This document shows positions 28,289 through 41,599 of a stretch of 64,000 nucleotides of DNA, in pieces (within the stretch, counting starts at the first letter, position 1; the number at the start of each line of letters is the position of its first letter). The notes under the pieces are model-generated. The model did no database searches. It saw nothing but the letters and a program-made list of their open reading frames with translations, and was not told where the DNA came from. The position numbers and the translations under genes are program-made. The DNA comes from Felis catus. Taxonomy: Eukaryota. The stretch covers positions 196,604,001 through 196,668,000 of the forward strand of contig NC_058368.1 of NCBI RefSeq assembly GCF_018350175.1. The letters are read 5' to 3'.

Positions 28289-28716
28289 GGGGCACTTGGG
28301 CGGCTCAGTCAGTTAAGCATGCGACTTCAGCTCAGGATATGATCTCACGGGTTGTGGGTTCAAGCCCTGCATTGGGCTCCGTGCTGATCGCTCAGAGCCT
28401 GGAGCCTGCTTCAGATTCTGTGTCTCTCACTCTCTCTGTCCTTCCCCATTTGTACTCTCTCTCTCAAAAATAAACATTAAAGGGGCACCTGAGTGGCTCA
28501 GTCGGTTAAGCATCCGACTCCGGCTCAGTTCATGATCTCGCGGTTTGTCAGTTTGAGCCCCGCATCCGGCTCTGTGCTGGCAGCTCAGAGCCTGGAGCCT
28601 GCTCTGGGTTCTCTCTCTATGCCCTCCCTTGCTCATGCTCTGTCTCTCTGTCTGTCTCTCTCAAAAATAAATAAACATTAAAAATTAAAAAAAAAACATT
28701 TAAAAAGTTAAAAAAA
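28289..28716 (+). mobile_element. Head-to-tail Can-SINE dimer (28289-28480, 28482-28716)
   Basis: Shared TSD tgttataggat (28276-28286, 28720-28730). Confidence 0.9.
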
Positions 28717-28767
28717 TCTTGTTATAGGATAAAAGCACTTTATAAAAAATATAACACTGGAAGATAT

Positions 28768-28990
28768 ATTTATTTGTTTATTTTTTTTAAGTTTATCGAT
28801 TTTTGAAGGGGAGAGAGACAGAGCATGAGCGGGGGAAGAGCAGAGAGAGAAGGAGACACAGAATCCGAAGCAGGCTCTAGGCTCGGAGCCGTCAGCACAG
28901 AGCCCGACGCAGGGCTTGAACTCACGAACCGCGAGATCATGACCTGAGCCAAAGTCAGGTGTTTAACTGACTCAGCCACCCAGGTGCCCC
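28768..28990 (-). mobile_element. Can-SINE
   Basis: TSD ctggaagata(t/c)attta. Confidence 0.92.
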
Positions 28991-29891
28991 TGGAAGATAC
29001 ATTTAAATTAATAATGTTTTAATTGACCTCACCCATTCTGAGTATCTTGGCTTAACCAGAATGCCTCAGAGAAAGTGCCAGCGGTGTAATTAATAGTCAT
29101 AACGAGGAGCCTTAGTGAAATCTTAATGGCATGCTTCCCAGAAATTGAGGAAGTGAATGATTCTAAGGTTTGCCTCAAACAAAATTGAAGGAGAACCGAA
29201 TTGAATTGTCAGCTGATAGATCATTCAGAATAATGATCACAGTACACTTTTTTTTCACAGCTGATCTGAAAGAATTGGGTGACATCACTATAACAAAACT
29301 TCCAGTCCCACGGCTTCTAATTACTTGCATCTATAAAAATTAAAAAATTGGCATAAAACACATGCTAAGTCCTATCTTAGTCTAGCAATAAGAAACACTC
29401 ATTAACTGATGTTCCAAAAATGGCCCCATCCCGTCTCATTAAGAGATGAATTCCCAAAAAAATTTACTTCGAGCATTTAATAATTATTTCTAAAGCCAGG
29501 TAATACATTTTGTTGTATTGATTAGTTGTGTAATACAATAGATTTTAAAAAGGTTTTAATACTTGAAGGCCTATGGCCAAAGAAAATATCTCCAGTGATA
29601 TCATTCCAATTAATGGGCACATTTGGTTGCAGATTAAGTGTGAGATGGTGGTCCGTGAAAGACTTCGTGTATTTACATGCTTGAGAGTCTTTCATTGGTA
29701 TGCATATATACACATATACATGCAGACACATATATACTTGCATATATACACATGTACATATACACACATGCATAAAACATTAGGATAAAATCTGTGAGTG
29801 CAGTCAAGGGGAAATACAAGCTTATGGTGAAAAGGAAAGATGTAAAACCCCAGACTCTTAAAGAAAAGCTTGTTCGTGTATTTAAAAAAAA

Positions 29892-30376
29892 TTTTTTTTA
29901 AATGTTTTATTATTTATTTTTGAGAGAGAGAGGCAGAGCATGAACAGGGAGGGGCAGAGAGAGAGAGAGACACAGAATCTGAAGCAGCTCCAGGCTCTAA
30001 GCGGTCAGCACAGAGCCCGACACGGGGCTCTAACTCATGAACTGAGAGATCACGACCTGAGCTAAAGTCAGACGCTTAACTGACTGAGCCACCCAGGTGC
30101 CCCATTGTTTGTGTATTTTTTTTTTATTTTTTATTTATTTATTTATTTATTTATTTATTTTTTAATTTTTTTTTAACGTTTATTTATTTTTGAGACAGAG
30201 AGAGACAGAGCATGAATGGGGGAGGGACAGAGAGAGAGGGAGACACAGAACTGGAAGCAGGCTCCAGGCTCTGAGCCATCAGCCCAGAGCCCGACGCGGG
30301 GCTCGAACTCACGGACTGTGAGATCGTGACCTGAGCTGAAGTCAACGCTTAACCGACTGAGCCACCCAGGCGCCCC
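29892..30376 (-). mobile_element. Two tandem - strand Can-SINEs (29892-30103, 30116-30376)
   Basis: tgtt(c/t)gtgtattt present three times, flanking and separating them. Confidence 0.92.
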
Positions 30377-30635
30377 TGTTTGTGTATTTTTAAATGGATC
30401 ATGGGCTGATGGTTGATACGAAACTACTAGGCCCTTTAGATTCCTCTGTATTTAAAGAATGATGTAACAATTTCATTCTAAAATGCCAATATTTACAATG
30501 TGCTGCAAATTAGACCCTTTGCAAATATTTAAGCTCATGATGAAATAGTCATCAACTTAAAAACGCGTAAGAAAGTAAGCAGTTTTCAAAATCCTTCAGG
30601 TAGGCACCGAGTAGAATGTTGGAAGACTTGTAAAG

Positions 30636-30860
30636 CAGGGTTTCTCAACCTTAAGGTTAGTTATGAACACTATTGACGTCTGGAGACAACTGTGTGTCGC
30701 AAAGGGCTGTGCATTGTAGGATGTTTAACAGTATCCCTGATCTCTCTCTACTAGATGCCCGTGGCAACCTCCTCTTTAGCTGCGATACACAAAAATATCT
30801 CCGAACATTGCCAAATAACCCTTAGGGACAAAAATAGTCCCTGACCGAAAGCCACAGCTC
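30636..30860. mobile_element. MER20-like hAT DNA transposon
   Basis: cagggtttctcaacc...cattgtaggatgtttaacag...aacattgccaaat. Confidence 0.75.
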
Positions 30861-31157
30861 TGAAGCAAACTTGGGGTCCATACATGACATATAATTAGAG
30901 CTTCATACCTGCGTAGAGTGTGGCTGTTACACGAAGGGCTTCGGCACCAGGGGTCAAGTCTCAGCTCTCTCACTCATTGCTTAGCGTGACTTTGAACAGG
31001 TAACTTCGCCTCTCTGTGCCTCAGTTTCCTCATCTGCTCAAAGAGTGTGAAGGACCCTACCTCATAACCCTCGCTTATGGATTATCACGGGGGCTGAGCT
31101 GGGGCATGGAGCGCTGTGCTGTTGTGCTCACAGCATGCAGTGGTGTTGGGAGCTTAC

Positions 31158-31900
31158 TGTGGTTTGATAAGATGTATGTATTTGTCTTTGTACCCAGTTC
31201 CCCGGCACAGAGCTCTAAAATCCTTGGAATTCTCCGAGTGGTAAGAGTGATAGGAGCGTCTTTTGTTCTAATGAGGTGACTCTGGGTGAGATCTGGAGAG
31301 CTTCAAGATGGGGGCTGATCACCAGAAAGACCAAGCCATGAATAGAAGCTTGGAACTTTCAGCCCCACCCCCAGTCTCTGGGGAGAACACAGGGACTGGA
31401 GATTGAGTTAGTCACCGATGGCCAATGCTTACACGATAAAAACCTCCACAGAAACCTCTGGACAAAAGAACACAAAGAGCTACAGGGTTGCTCAACACAT
31501 GGAGGTGCTGGGAGGGTGACAAGTCTGAAGAGGGTGTGGAAACTTTGCATGCGCCCCATCCCCACCCCATACCTTCTCCCAGGCCTCTTTTCCATTGGCT
31601 ATACCGGAAGTGTATCCTTCATCATGAACTGGTAAATATGAGTTTCCCTGAGTTTTGTGAGCTGTCCCAGCAAATTTTTTAATCTGAAGGCGGTGTTTGT
31701 GGGAGCCCCCGACTTTGTACCCTCGTTGGACAGAAGCGTGCGAGGTAACTTGGGGACGTGATACTTGTGACTGACTTCTGAACTGAGGGCAGTCTTGTGG
31801 GGACTGAGCCCTTGACCGCGTGGAGTCTGACAGTTCACGTCAGGACTGAACTGTGGGACACGAAGTTGGTGTCAGAATTGTTTGTGGTGAGGAAAAAACT
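31158..31900 (+). mobile_element. MER21-like solo LTR
   Basis: tgtggtttgataag start; agcttggaactttcagcccc and cttgtggggactgagccctt motifs. Confidence 0.7.
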
Positions 31901-32466
31901 CAATGCTCCCCCCACCCCCAAGTGCCTTGGTTACCTCGGAGGGCTCCTATGCTCCCGCCCCCTCTAGTCTGAGGTCCACACCTAACCCCCTGACACATCC
32001 TAAACCAACGGACTTCCTCCAGCTGCACAGCTAGTTCTGAGGCCACCCTACTTTGGTAGGTTTACTTTGGGCTGAGGTGTTAAAGTGACTCCACACTGAG
32101 GGCACGACCGCCCGTTCTTCATGAAAGTCTTTCCCTCTCCCCCGAATTTCCGGTTTCACTCCTGGCAGCCTGACCAAACCGTGAGTTGGGAGGGCTTCGG
32201 GGTCCTCTCTAGTGCTGGGGTGTGAGAGCTGCCCGCCTGTTTTCATTCCCCTCGTGAGCTAAAGGGCCTCGTACGTGTTTAAATATGTGGGGGGAACGAA
32301 TCAAAAGAAGAAGACTATTTCCTGACAGATAACAAGTGTAAGGAGTTCAAATTTCAGAAACCGTAAATAACGCTTGCTTTTCCCACAGAGGGCCACATAA
32401 TGACTTCGGTGGGTCCTAGGCACTGTTGCCTCCGTGGCTTTTTCCACCATTAAAATAAGTTTTTAA

Positions 32467-32650
32467 GGGGCGCCTGGGTGGCCCCGTCGGTTAAGTGTCC
32501 AACTTTAACTCAGGTCGTGATCTCATGGTCCATGAGTTCGAGCTCCAGGTTGGGCTCTGTGCTGACAGCGCAGAGCCTGGAGCCTGCTTCAGATTCTGTC
32601 TCCCTTTCTCTGCCCCCTCCCCCAAAAAATAAACGTTTAAAAAATTTTAA
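32467..32650 (+). mobile_element. Can-SINE
   Basis: TSD taagtttttaa. Confidence 0.9.
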
Positions 32651-32789
32651 GTAAGTTTTTAAAAAATGATATTTTAGGACTGTGTTGGTATAAAGACACA
32701 TAATGCAGGTTGAATTCACTCTTACATATTCAGCATTATTGTGTTATTTTTTTTTTTTTCTTCTGGCTTTAAGAGAAATGAAAACTCCA

Positions 32790-33026
32790 AGCACCTGGGT
32801 GGCTCAGTCGGTTGGGGGGGTCCTACTTCGGCTCAGGTCATGATCCCCTGGTTCATGAGTTCAGGCCCCGTGTCAGGCTCTGTCCTGACAGCTCAGAGCC
32901 TGAAGCCTGTTTCAGATTCTGTGTCTCCCTCTCTCTGCCCCTCCCCGCTCCTGTCTGTCTGTCGGTCTCTCTCTCTCTCTCTCTCTCAAAAAATAAGTAA
33001 ACATTAAAAAAAAAATTTTTTTTTAA
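32790..33026 (+). mobile_element. Can-SINE
   Basis: Consensus body and tail. Confidence 0.9.
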
Positions 33027-33759
33027 GTAAAAGGAATGAAAATTCAAACATTTTCATGGGCCCCTACAGTATCCTGGGCCCTAGGCACTCTGCCTTTACT
33101 TACCTATGGCTGCCTTTGCATCACTATGCCAGAGCTGAGTAGTTGAAATAGAGCCCACGTGGTCTGCAAAATGGAAATCATTTACAAGCCGGCTCTCCGG
33201 CTAGTGTTTTACAGAGGAGAGAGTGAGGACCTGGGAGACTGCGTGACTTACCTCGTGTCCCACGGGCGTTCCTGGAGGCTCGAGGGCTGGAGCCTGCCAC
33301 CTCCCCCTCTCCTGCACACCCACAGCTTCCCCAGGCTTCCTTAGGAAGGCTCCCCCGCAGGCCACGCCCTCCAGGCCAGGAGCAGTTCCGGGAGTGTCTG
33401 AACACCTGGGTTGGGTGGGCTGGGATGCTTCCCAGGGCAGGGGCAGCCAGGGTCAGGGACAAGTGCCACTGGGCCGCACAGCGGAGCCGAAGGGACATTT
33501 TTGCCTGGAGGATGGACCCGGTGAGCAGGAGCTCGGCTTCTTTCCATCAGCCCGCCCCACACACCTGCGCGACCCCAAACAAAACGGTTAATGTGATCAA
33601 GCTGATGGTAATGAAGATGAGGCCAAGGTGTGCACTTGACAGAGTCATCTTATGTGATGGCCACAGTCCCCCCAGGGTGAATATACGCCCTTGAACCGTG
33701 TGAAATCGCTGCCTTTTGATCGTGTTTGGCCCACAAAGTCAGAATTTCATGGTCCCATC

Positions 33760-34720
33760 TAATACGATTTATCTCCCTTTACACGGGAACAGACAGACGC
33801 TCAAAGACATTAGGTCGAGAAGAGCTGAGATCGAGTTGCTCTGATTCCCCAGCCCCGCGTGGCTTTTTATAGACCGCTCTCCCGCCAACTCGACGCCCCC
33901 CTCCTCCTGAGGCCTCTCGCTTACCCAGAGGCTGAGGCCCACGTGTCTCCATACACAAAGCCTTCGTGACTTGTGCTCTCTTCTCTGCGTGGTAGCCTCG
34001 CTGTCTTTTGCTCTCCCCCATCCTGACACCTCCCTCTTCCGGACTTTGCATGTCTCATCTATCCCCACACCCTGTCCAGTTTACCTCTTAAATGCCTTAT
34101 CTGGACACTTACTTTTATTGCCACCTCTGTTTCTGGCCCTGGTCCTGTAGGCTTTCCTGGCTGGGCTCCCTGCCATGTTCCCGTCCCCTCCACACTAACG
34201 CCACAGCGATCCCTGTAAAATGCAAATCTGATTGCGTCACCCTTCTGGTCAAACTCTTCAGCGGCTTTTCCCGTTGCTGTAGGCACGAAGAGGGTCCCTG
34301 GGCAAGGCCCAGGATCTGCGGTCCCGCCCTTGCTGTCTCTTGGGCCTCACCTTACCCCCTTCCTGCTGCTTCCTTCCTCCCACCTTCTAGCTCTTTGAAT
34401 GTGCCACCAGGGCCTTTGCACTGGCTGCTCTCTCCACCTGGAATGTGTTTCCGCACCTGCTTCTTTGCCAGATTCGCGGCTACGCTGCCTACAGACATCG
34501 GCTCTCCGGTCACTTCCTTGAGGAAGCCCTCCCTGCCTTTTCAGACCTGTTCTCCTAGAATAGAATTCCTTTCTTTCAGAGCACCTGTTTGTGTACACGT
34601 TTACATTCGTTTGTGTGGCGGATGTGTGACTCCCCAACTTGTCTGTAAGGTCTCTGAGAGCAGGGACCCTGTGAACCAGCCCCCGCCTGGCCCCTGCGTA
34701 CCAGCACAGGGTGGATAGAT
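33760..34720 (+). mobile_element. L2 LINE remnant
   Basis: aaatgcaaatctgatt, gggcctttgcactggctg, tgtaaggtctctgagagcaggga motifs. Confidence 0.65.
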
Positions 34721-35577
34721 GGAGGCTTCCTACCTTCTGGGGAGCAGGGAACTACCTCCTGCAGGACACTCTGCCCTGTGGCGATCTCGCATACTCTCCA
34801 CCACATCGCTGCTGCGTGCTGTTCCCTGTCTTGGAGAACTCCTATGCACCCCTCAGGGCCCCTCTCCACCATCTTGCATGCCCCCTGAGCTGAGCCAGTT
34901 GCACTCACCTTTGGATATTTTTTTTTCCTCTTCCACCTTGTACTTCTTTCTGCCATCTCACTTAGCATATTGTGATGACAGTTTTTTACTATCTTTTCTC
35001 TGAGTGACTGTGAGCTCTCTGCCAGCCTCTCTGGATGCCCAAAATCTAGCGCGGCACCTTGGCCCCACAGCACCTAAGGAGGTGGTGCTGAAGTGAATAC
35101 AATGCCTTGTCTTTAGGGCACGAGGCTTTGGATTTGCTTCTCTGGCGCTCAGGTGGCCTCAGTTCCCCCCCCCCCCCGCCTGCCCCCGCTCCCCCATTCC
35201 CAGGCACACAATCTCTGTCTGTAAAACACTTAGGTTATGTTTCCCCAACTGTGGGAGTGATATTCACATGATCTCTCCAGCCAGGGACAATAAACATCCC
35301 GTGCTCTCGGGACACCTAACCTCTGACGGGTAACAAGGAGCCAGTGACTCTCGTATGCGTGGCCGAACGTGCATTTGCTTGGCTTATTTGATGACAACAC
35401 GTCTACAACACTTGATATTAAGCGTAGGGTGCATATTTTGAAGCTATTCCAAAGTATAAAGGGGTTTCAAAGGAATGTATGCATTTCTGAAAGCTTAATT
35501 ACTTAACGAGTTCCACGAATTTTGGAGGGTTTGCTTAATGAGACGTAATTAAACCTGTTAATATTTCATGAACGGCT

Positions 35578-35850
35578 CTTTATTGAGGTATAGCTGACAT
35601 GCGCTGTTACATTGGTGTCCGATGTACAACATAGCGATTTGACGAGTCTAGAGCTTCTGCCCTGCTCCCTGCAAGTATAGTCCCTGCCATCTGTCACCAT
35701 ACAGCACTGTTACAATACCATTGACCGTACTCCCTGTGCTGCCCTTCATCCCCAGAGCTTACTCCATAACTGGAAGCCTGTATCTCCCACTCCCCTACAC
35801 CCATTTTTGCCCATTCCGTCAGCCCCCCTCCTCTGGCAAGCATCAGATCG
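35578..35850 (-). mobile_element. L1 (L1MA9/L1_Carn-like) 3' end
   Basis: tttattgaggtatagctgaca...tgtacaacatag...ctggaagcctgtatctc. Confidence 0.7.
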
Positions 35851-36449
35851 TTCCTTGAGTAATTCTGAAGGCTTCCCAGACCAGCTTCTGTAAAAGATGC
35901 CAGCTACAGCTGGTTACTTGTAAAATCGTCCAAATAGCAAGGGCGCCAGCCTTCTCCCCTCTCCCGCACCCCTGCCCACCGAGTCTCACCAGATCAGGCT
36001 GACCCCGCCAAGGTGGTTTTCCCAGCCAGCAGGCACGGCTACAGACCAGGCCCACCTGCCTGAATCACTGCGGCAGATCCCCCCTCCTTCCTTCCCACCC
36101 TCTCCTTTCTGTTCCACCCTCCAGGTATTGCCAACCTGCCTGCCTACAGCACGGCTCTGAAGAGGCCACGGCTGGGCCCTCAGCCTTCAATAGCTCTCCA
36201 TTGCTTATCGGCTACCGCTTACACCTCCCAGCTTGGAATGTAATGTCCATCCCACATGGCCCTAGATTCCCATCCCGGACGTTCATGCCACTCCGCCCCC
36301 ATTCTCCGGAACACTTTCGCAAATTCCCTCCGTCCTCCAATGCTTTGTCGGTGTCCCTCCTTGTCTGTCTTATATTGTGCCTACCTAGATTATGATACCT
36401 GTCTTAACCTTCTTCCTATTCTTGTGAAACTCTTTTAGGAGTTTATCTT

Positions 36450-36641
36450 TCTTCTTCTTCTTTTTCTAAATGTTTATTTATTTTTGAGAGAGAGTCAGAT
36501 GGGGAGACGCAGAATCCGAAGCAGGCTCCAGGCCCTGAACCGTCAGCACAGAGCCCGACGCGGGGCTCGAACGCACAAACCGCGAGATCATGACCTGAGC
36601 CGAAGTCGGACGCTTAACCGACTGAGTCACCCAGGCGTCCC
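36450..36641 (-). mobile_element. Can-SINE
   Basis: Reverse consensus. Confidence 0.9.
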
Positions 36642-37425
36642 AAAGAGTTTAATTTTCAATCCTTTCCTTCTCTAATCCTTCCCTCTACTTCTTAAGACAA
36701 GGCTTCCTCGAAATGACTGATGTGGCCCTTAGCATGCTGGGCGTTTTTAATGGGGGTGATCATCACCCCACCGAGGGCAAAAAGCGGTTCTTGGTGGAAG
36801 AGCAAAAAAACCTCAGATATTACAGTGATCTGTGACCCTCCAAACAGATATACAGTGTGTCCATGGTATTAACGTTTCCTGCTGGAGGGAATACAGAAAA
36901 AATGTCTGAAAAGGCTCTCAGATGTGAATGGTGGAGAATGACCAGAAAAAGGTTGAGAAACGTCGGTCTCTCCTAAACAGGAGAGAAAGAACTCCGAAGA
37001 GGTGCTGAGATCTAAATGAAATGGATGTTTTAAAAGGCCAAGAACTGTCTGTGTCACATCATAAAAACCCTATATACGTTCATGATAACCGCCAGTATCT
37101 ATCGTGCACATGCCAGGTCAAGGCACTCTGCCAAGGTTTACACACATGTTCTCAGGTGAGATCTCATGATTTCATTTAATCTTGCCCCCGTTTCATGTAC
37201 CATTATTATTACAGATAAGGAAACTGAGGCTTAGAGAGGCTGGTTTAATTGCCCCATGCCAAACTCTTGGTAATTGACAGAGGCAGGATTTTAACCTCCG
37301 TCTGACTTCAAAGCCTGCCCTCCAGATGCCTCGCAGAAGTGAGCCCCTCACTCCTGGTGAGCCCTGGGAGCACTCTCCCGCACAGAGGGAGGAGAGACAG
37401 TTAAAATTAACCAGAGCTTGCAGCC

Positions 37426-37660
37426 TTTTTTTTTTTTTTAATTTTTTTTTTTTTAAGGTTTACTCATTTTTCAGAGACAGGGAGGGACACAGCCTCAGGG
37501 TGAGGGGGAAGGGGTAGAGAGGGAGACACAGAATCCGAAGCAGGTTCCAGGCTCTCAGCTGTCGGCACAGAGCCCGACGCGGGGCTCGAACTCACAGACC
37601 GCGAGATCGTGACCTGAGCCGAAGTCGGACGCCCAGCCGACTGAGCCACCCAGGTGCCCC
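37426..37660 (-). mobile_element. Can-SINE, 53 nt upstream of exon 18
   Basis: TSD cttgcagcctt. Confidence 0.92.
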
Positions 37661-37713
37661 GCACTTGCAGCCTTCAATAGCTCTGGGCTGATGCATGGTG
37701 TCCTTGTGTCCAG

Positions 37714-37777
37714 GGCCATGATGATGACCGCCTGCGATCTCTCAGCCATCACCAAGCCCTGGGAGGTACAGAGTAAG
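37714..37777 (+). CDS. PDE6A: PDE6A exon 18, AMMMTACDLSAITKPWEVQSK
   Basis: gtccag|G, AAG|gtacgg; 64 bp; CDLS..TKPW motif. Confidence 0.97.
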
Positions 37778-38036
37778 GTACGGAGCCCTCCTGACCTGAG
37801 AGGAGGGGAGTCCCAGCGTCACGACAGCAGCCGGTGCAGCTTGGGCTCCAGCTCCAGAGGCGGCCCCGCTTCGTCTCCTCCTCCTCTGCCAGGACATGGA
37901 AGCCACTTTAGTGCCCTCTCCAGTGATGACAACAAAGGGGGTGGCGAGGCAGGGGTGGGGTTGAAGCGTTTGCTGAGCTGGAAATGCCCCCAGGAGGGGT
38001 GGGAGCAGGGGCAGGAGGATGGGGGCTGCGGCTTGA

Positions 38037-38210
<174 letters not shown>

Positions 38211-39155
38211 TGACACAGACATGTGTGATCTTATCATAGAGATGACCTTTTCCTAATACACCGGTCGTCCAGGCATGGTCCCCAGGCCACCATCAACCTC
38301 ATTGCTAGGGAACATGTCAGAGATGCCAATTCCCGGCCCCCATCCTAGACCTACCGCAGCAGGAACTCTGGATGTGGGCTCAGCAGATGTGTGCCCTCCT
38401 AACCGACAAGCCCTCCTGAAGTCTGAGAACCCTGCTCTAATGTACTGGCTCACTCAGCCAGGTAGAGATTGACAAGTGAACCCCAAAACAGATTTCCTTT
38501 CATTTCCCACAGTCCAGGGGGCCACCTCCCCAGGCCCTGTTCTAACAGTCCAGAGCGTACAAGGGGAGGACCTGGTCAAGCTGAGCACCCATCCACGTTG
38601 AGAGCAGGCGTGGCAGGGACAGCCGGTGGGCTCCCCACCTGAGATGGGCGCGCCCCCCCCATGAAAGGTTAACCAAGTGAGGGCGGGGCTGGGAAGTAGA
38701 AGTGGGGTAGGAGGGAGTGACATTCTGGGGACAGAGCCGTTGATGGAGATGGGGGCGGGGGAAGCCTGTGGCAGAGCAGAGGGCACGCTGGGGCACCCAC
38801 GTGAGGCTTGGACAGGGACTGAGGGGGAGTACAGGCAGTGAGGGTTGTGCAAGCCTCGGGGCGGGCAGGCAGGGAGCGTCCCAACCTGAGTAGCAGGGGG
38901 CCACCGGTTTGGATCTCTCTTTTTTCTTTCCCAGGTTTTCACATGTGGAGAGACCAGTGAAAGAACCCTAGAGACCCCACCAGCCAGGTTCAACTGCTAG
39001 AGTCAGCCATTCTCGTTTTATCTATGCCCCCAGCTCAGGCATTTTCTTATCTTTTGGCTGAAGTATTTTAAAGTAAATTCCAGATGTTATCACTTCTCCC
39101 CTAAATACTTCAGTTTGCCTCTCTGAGAGATAAGAAACTCACACACAGTATGCAA

Positions 39156-39157
<2 letters not shown>

Positions 39158-39189
<32 letters not shown>
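39158..39189. repeat. (CA)n microsatellite
   Basis: Perfect CA run. Confidence 0.93.
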
Positions 39190-39191
<2 letters not shown>

Positions 39192-39636
39192 CCATTAATT
39201 ACGCTCACAAAATTAGTAATAATTCTTTAAGGTCATCCAATCCTCAATCTCTGTTTATTTTCCCTGATCGAGTGAAAAAAAATAATTAGGTTGATTTGTT
39301 CAAATCAGGATCCAGTCAAGGGACCACATTCCCTCCGGTTGTTATGTCTCTCGAATCTCTTTCAATGCATAGCAATTTTCTCCTCTCTCTCTTTTTTTTT
39401 TAAATATATACGTGGCATGTATTTATTTGTTGAAGACCGTAGGTCTTCTGTTGTGTAGTTGCCCACATTCTGGATTTGGTTGATTGCACCCTCATGGTGT
39501 TATTTAATATGTTCCTTTATCCCCGTATTTCTTGCAAACCGCTAGTCAGATCTGGAAACTTGATGAGTTCAGGTTTAGTTGGGTGTTTTGCTTTGTTTTG
39601 CTTTGTTTTATTGTGAATAAGAATGCTTCATAGGTA

Positions 39637-39850
39637 GGGGCGCCTGGGTGGCTCAGTTGGTTAAGTGGCTGACTTCAGCTCAGGTCGTGATCTCGCAGTT
39701 TGTGAGTTCGAGCCCCGCATTGGGCTCTGTGCTAGTAGCTCAGAGCCTGGAGCCTGTTTCAGATTCTGTGTCTCCCTCTCTCTGTTCCTCCCCCGCTAAC
39801 ACTCTGTCTCTTTCTCAAAAATAAATAAAGATTAAAAAATTTTAAAAAAA
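39637..39850 (+). mobile_element. Can-SINE, upstream of exon 20
   Basis: TSD agaatgcttc(a/t)taggtag. Confidence 0.93.
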
Positions 39851-39934
39851 GGGAGAATGCTTCTTAGGTAGAGTAGGTCCTGGCATCATGCCAAGAGGAG
39901 CCGGGTACAGTTAACTCTTTCTCCTCCATGACAG

Positions 39935-40018
39935 CCCATGATGGACAGAAACAAGGCGGATGAACTCCCCAAGCTTCAGGTCGGCTTCATTGACTTTGTC
40001 TGCACCTTTGTCTACAAG
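39935..40018 (+). CDS. PDE6A: PDE6A exon 20, [28 protein letters not shown]
   Basis: gacag|CCC, AAG|gtaggt; 84 bp; invariant purine-binding Gln in QVGF. Confidence 0.97.
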
Positions 40019-41599
40019 GTAGGTCCTTTGTTTTCTCAGGCTCAGCAAGGTGTCCTTGATAAACCCAGGATTCCCAACAACGTCAGGAATAATAAACCCT
40101 GGCAGGTGGGTGACCAGCGGGTGATAGTTTACAAAGAGCTTTTCATCTGCAACGACATTTGGTCCTCAGGACGGCCCAACGGGGGTCTCGAGTGGTAATG
40201 TACCCAGGCCAGAGTCTGGGGCTTCATGCCCTCTAGGTGCTCAGTACCACGGGGACAAATGACGAAGCCCAGTTTCAGACAGGAAAGGGGGAGGCCATGG
40301 GATGCACGCCCTCCTAACTTCCCTGGTTGGTGGAAATGTGATAGGTCAAAGTAGCCCAATTGTCAAAAGACAATCTGGGATTTCTTTGAGCCGATGCTCA
40401 CGGGTAAAGTCCTCCTCCTGGAAACCCACTGCTCCCAACTCTGTGTTATTTGTGCCACCACCCACCGCCCGTTAGTCATTTTTATTTCGGCCATGTTACA
40501 CATGAGGAGGCAGAGGTCAGAGATGAGAAATGACAGGGCCAGCGTCGCTGGAGGCGGCCTCGAGCCGGGACTAGAGCCGGGATGCCTGACCCTGGTTTAG
40601 GCCTCTTTCTGCTGCACTAGGGAGAAGGGCACATGATCTCAGAGCAGACAGGGGCCACTCTGTCATAACATGGCTAATTGGGGTGCTCCGAGCAACAAGG
40701 TAGAGTCGCCGTGCTCCCCACTATCATCAGCAATATTATTAAACCGGGTAGGCGAGGCCGAGTGCCCTCCGTGTGCTATCACAACCCTGCGAGGATGGCT
40801 GAGGCAGAGCTCTGTAGGTCACCGCCCCGCGGTCACACAGTTTGTGGCAGAACTGGGTCCAAACCCGGCAGCTCTGAGCACAGCCGACTCTGGCCGGAAC
40901 TCCACGGTGGACCCTGGATTTGCTGTTCTCACCTTGAGCAAATCTACTCCATCAACCTGCACTTTGATTTCCTCGCCTGAAAATCCCGGAGGGATGCATC
41001 CCGTTTTCCCACCTCCCAGGAGTATCTGGGGATCAATGGAGATAAAGCACTCCATAAACTGCAATGTACTGTGCTCAAGGCGTTATTTGTACTCTTGGAG
41101 CTAAGAGACTTTCAGAATCCCCTTCGCAAATCCCAATTTCATTCAGCAAATGTTTTCTGGTGTCTTTATACCCCAGACACTGTCTTTTCACCCCAGTGAA
41201 CAAGGCGTCGCAGTCCCTGCCCTCTCCAAGTTCACAGCCCCTGGGGGAGACGGGCAAAGGGAGTCATTACAATGAAATGAAACGTGGAAGAGAGGCTCCT
41301 GGAGCTTCTAACAGGGGACTCTACTTACCCAGAGGGTTCAAAATGGCGAAGAGGAGAGGGCAGCAGATCTGGAGGGGTCCGGAAGCCAGGTGAAGGACAT
41401 GGGGACTGCCACAGGAGGGTTTTAAGCAGGACAGGGATGGACGGGCCCTTGCACTGCAACCCTCCCCCGACCAGTGTCAGCATCCCACCGCCCCAGGCAG
41501 CTCATTCCCGTGCTGGGCATTCTCAGCCGTGCCTCCCCCTCGGCTGGACCCTGGGCCATTCCCCCCCCCCCCCCATGCCAGAGGCTCTCTCTTTTCCAG

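Noticed and set aside
34092..34718. 208-aa ORF
   Set aside because: Lies within a degraded L2 element; no protein similarity I can recognise
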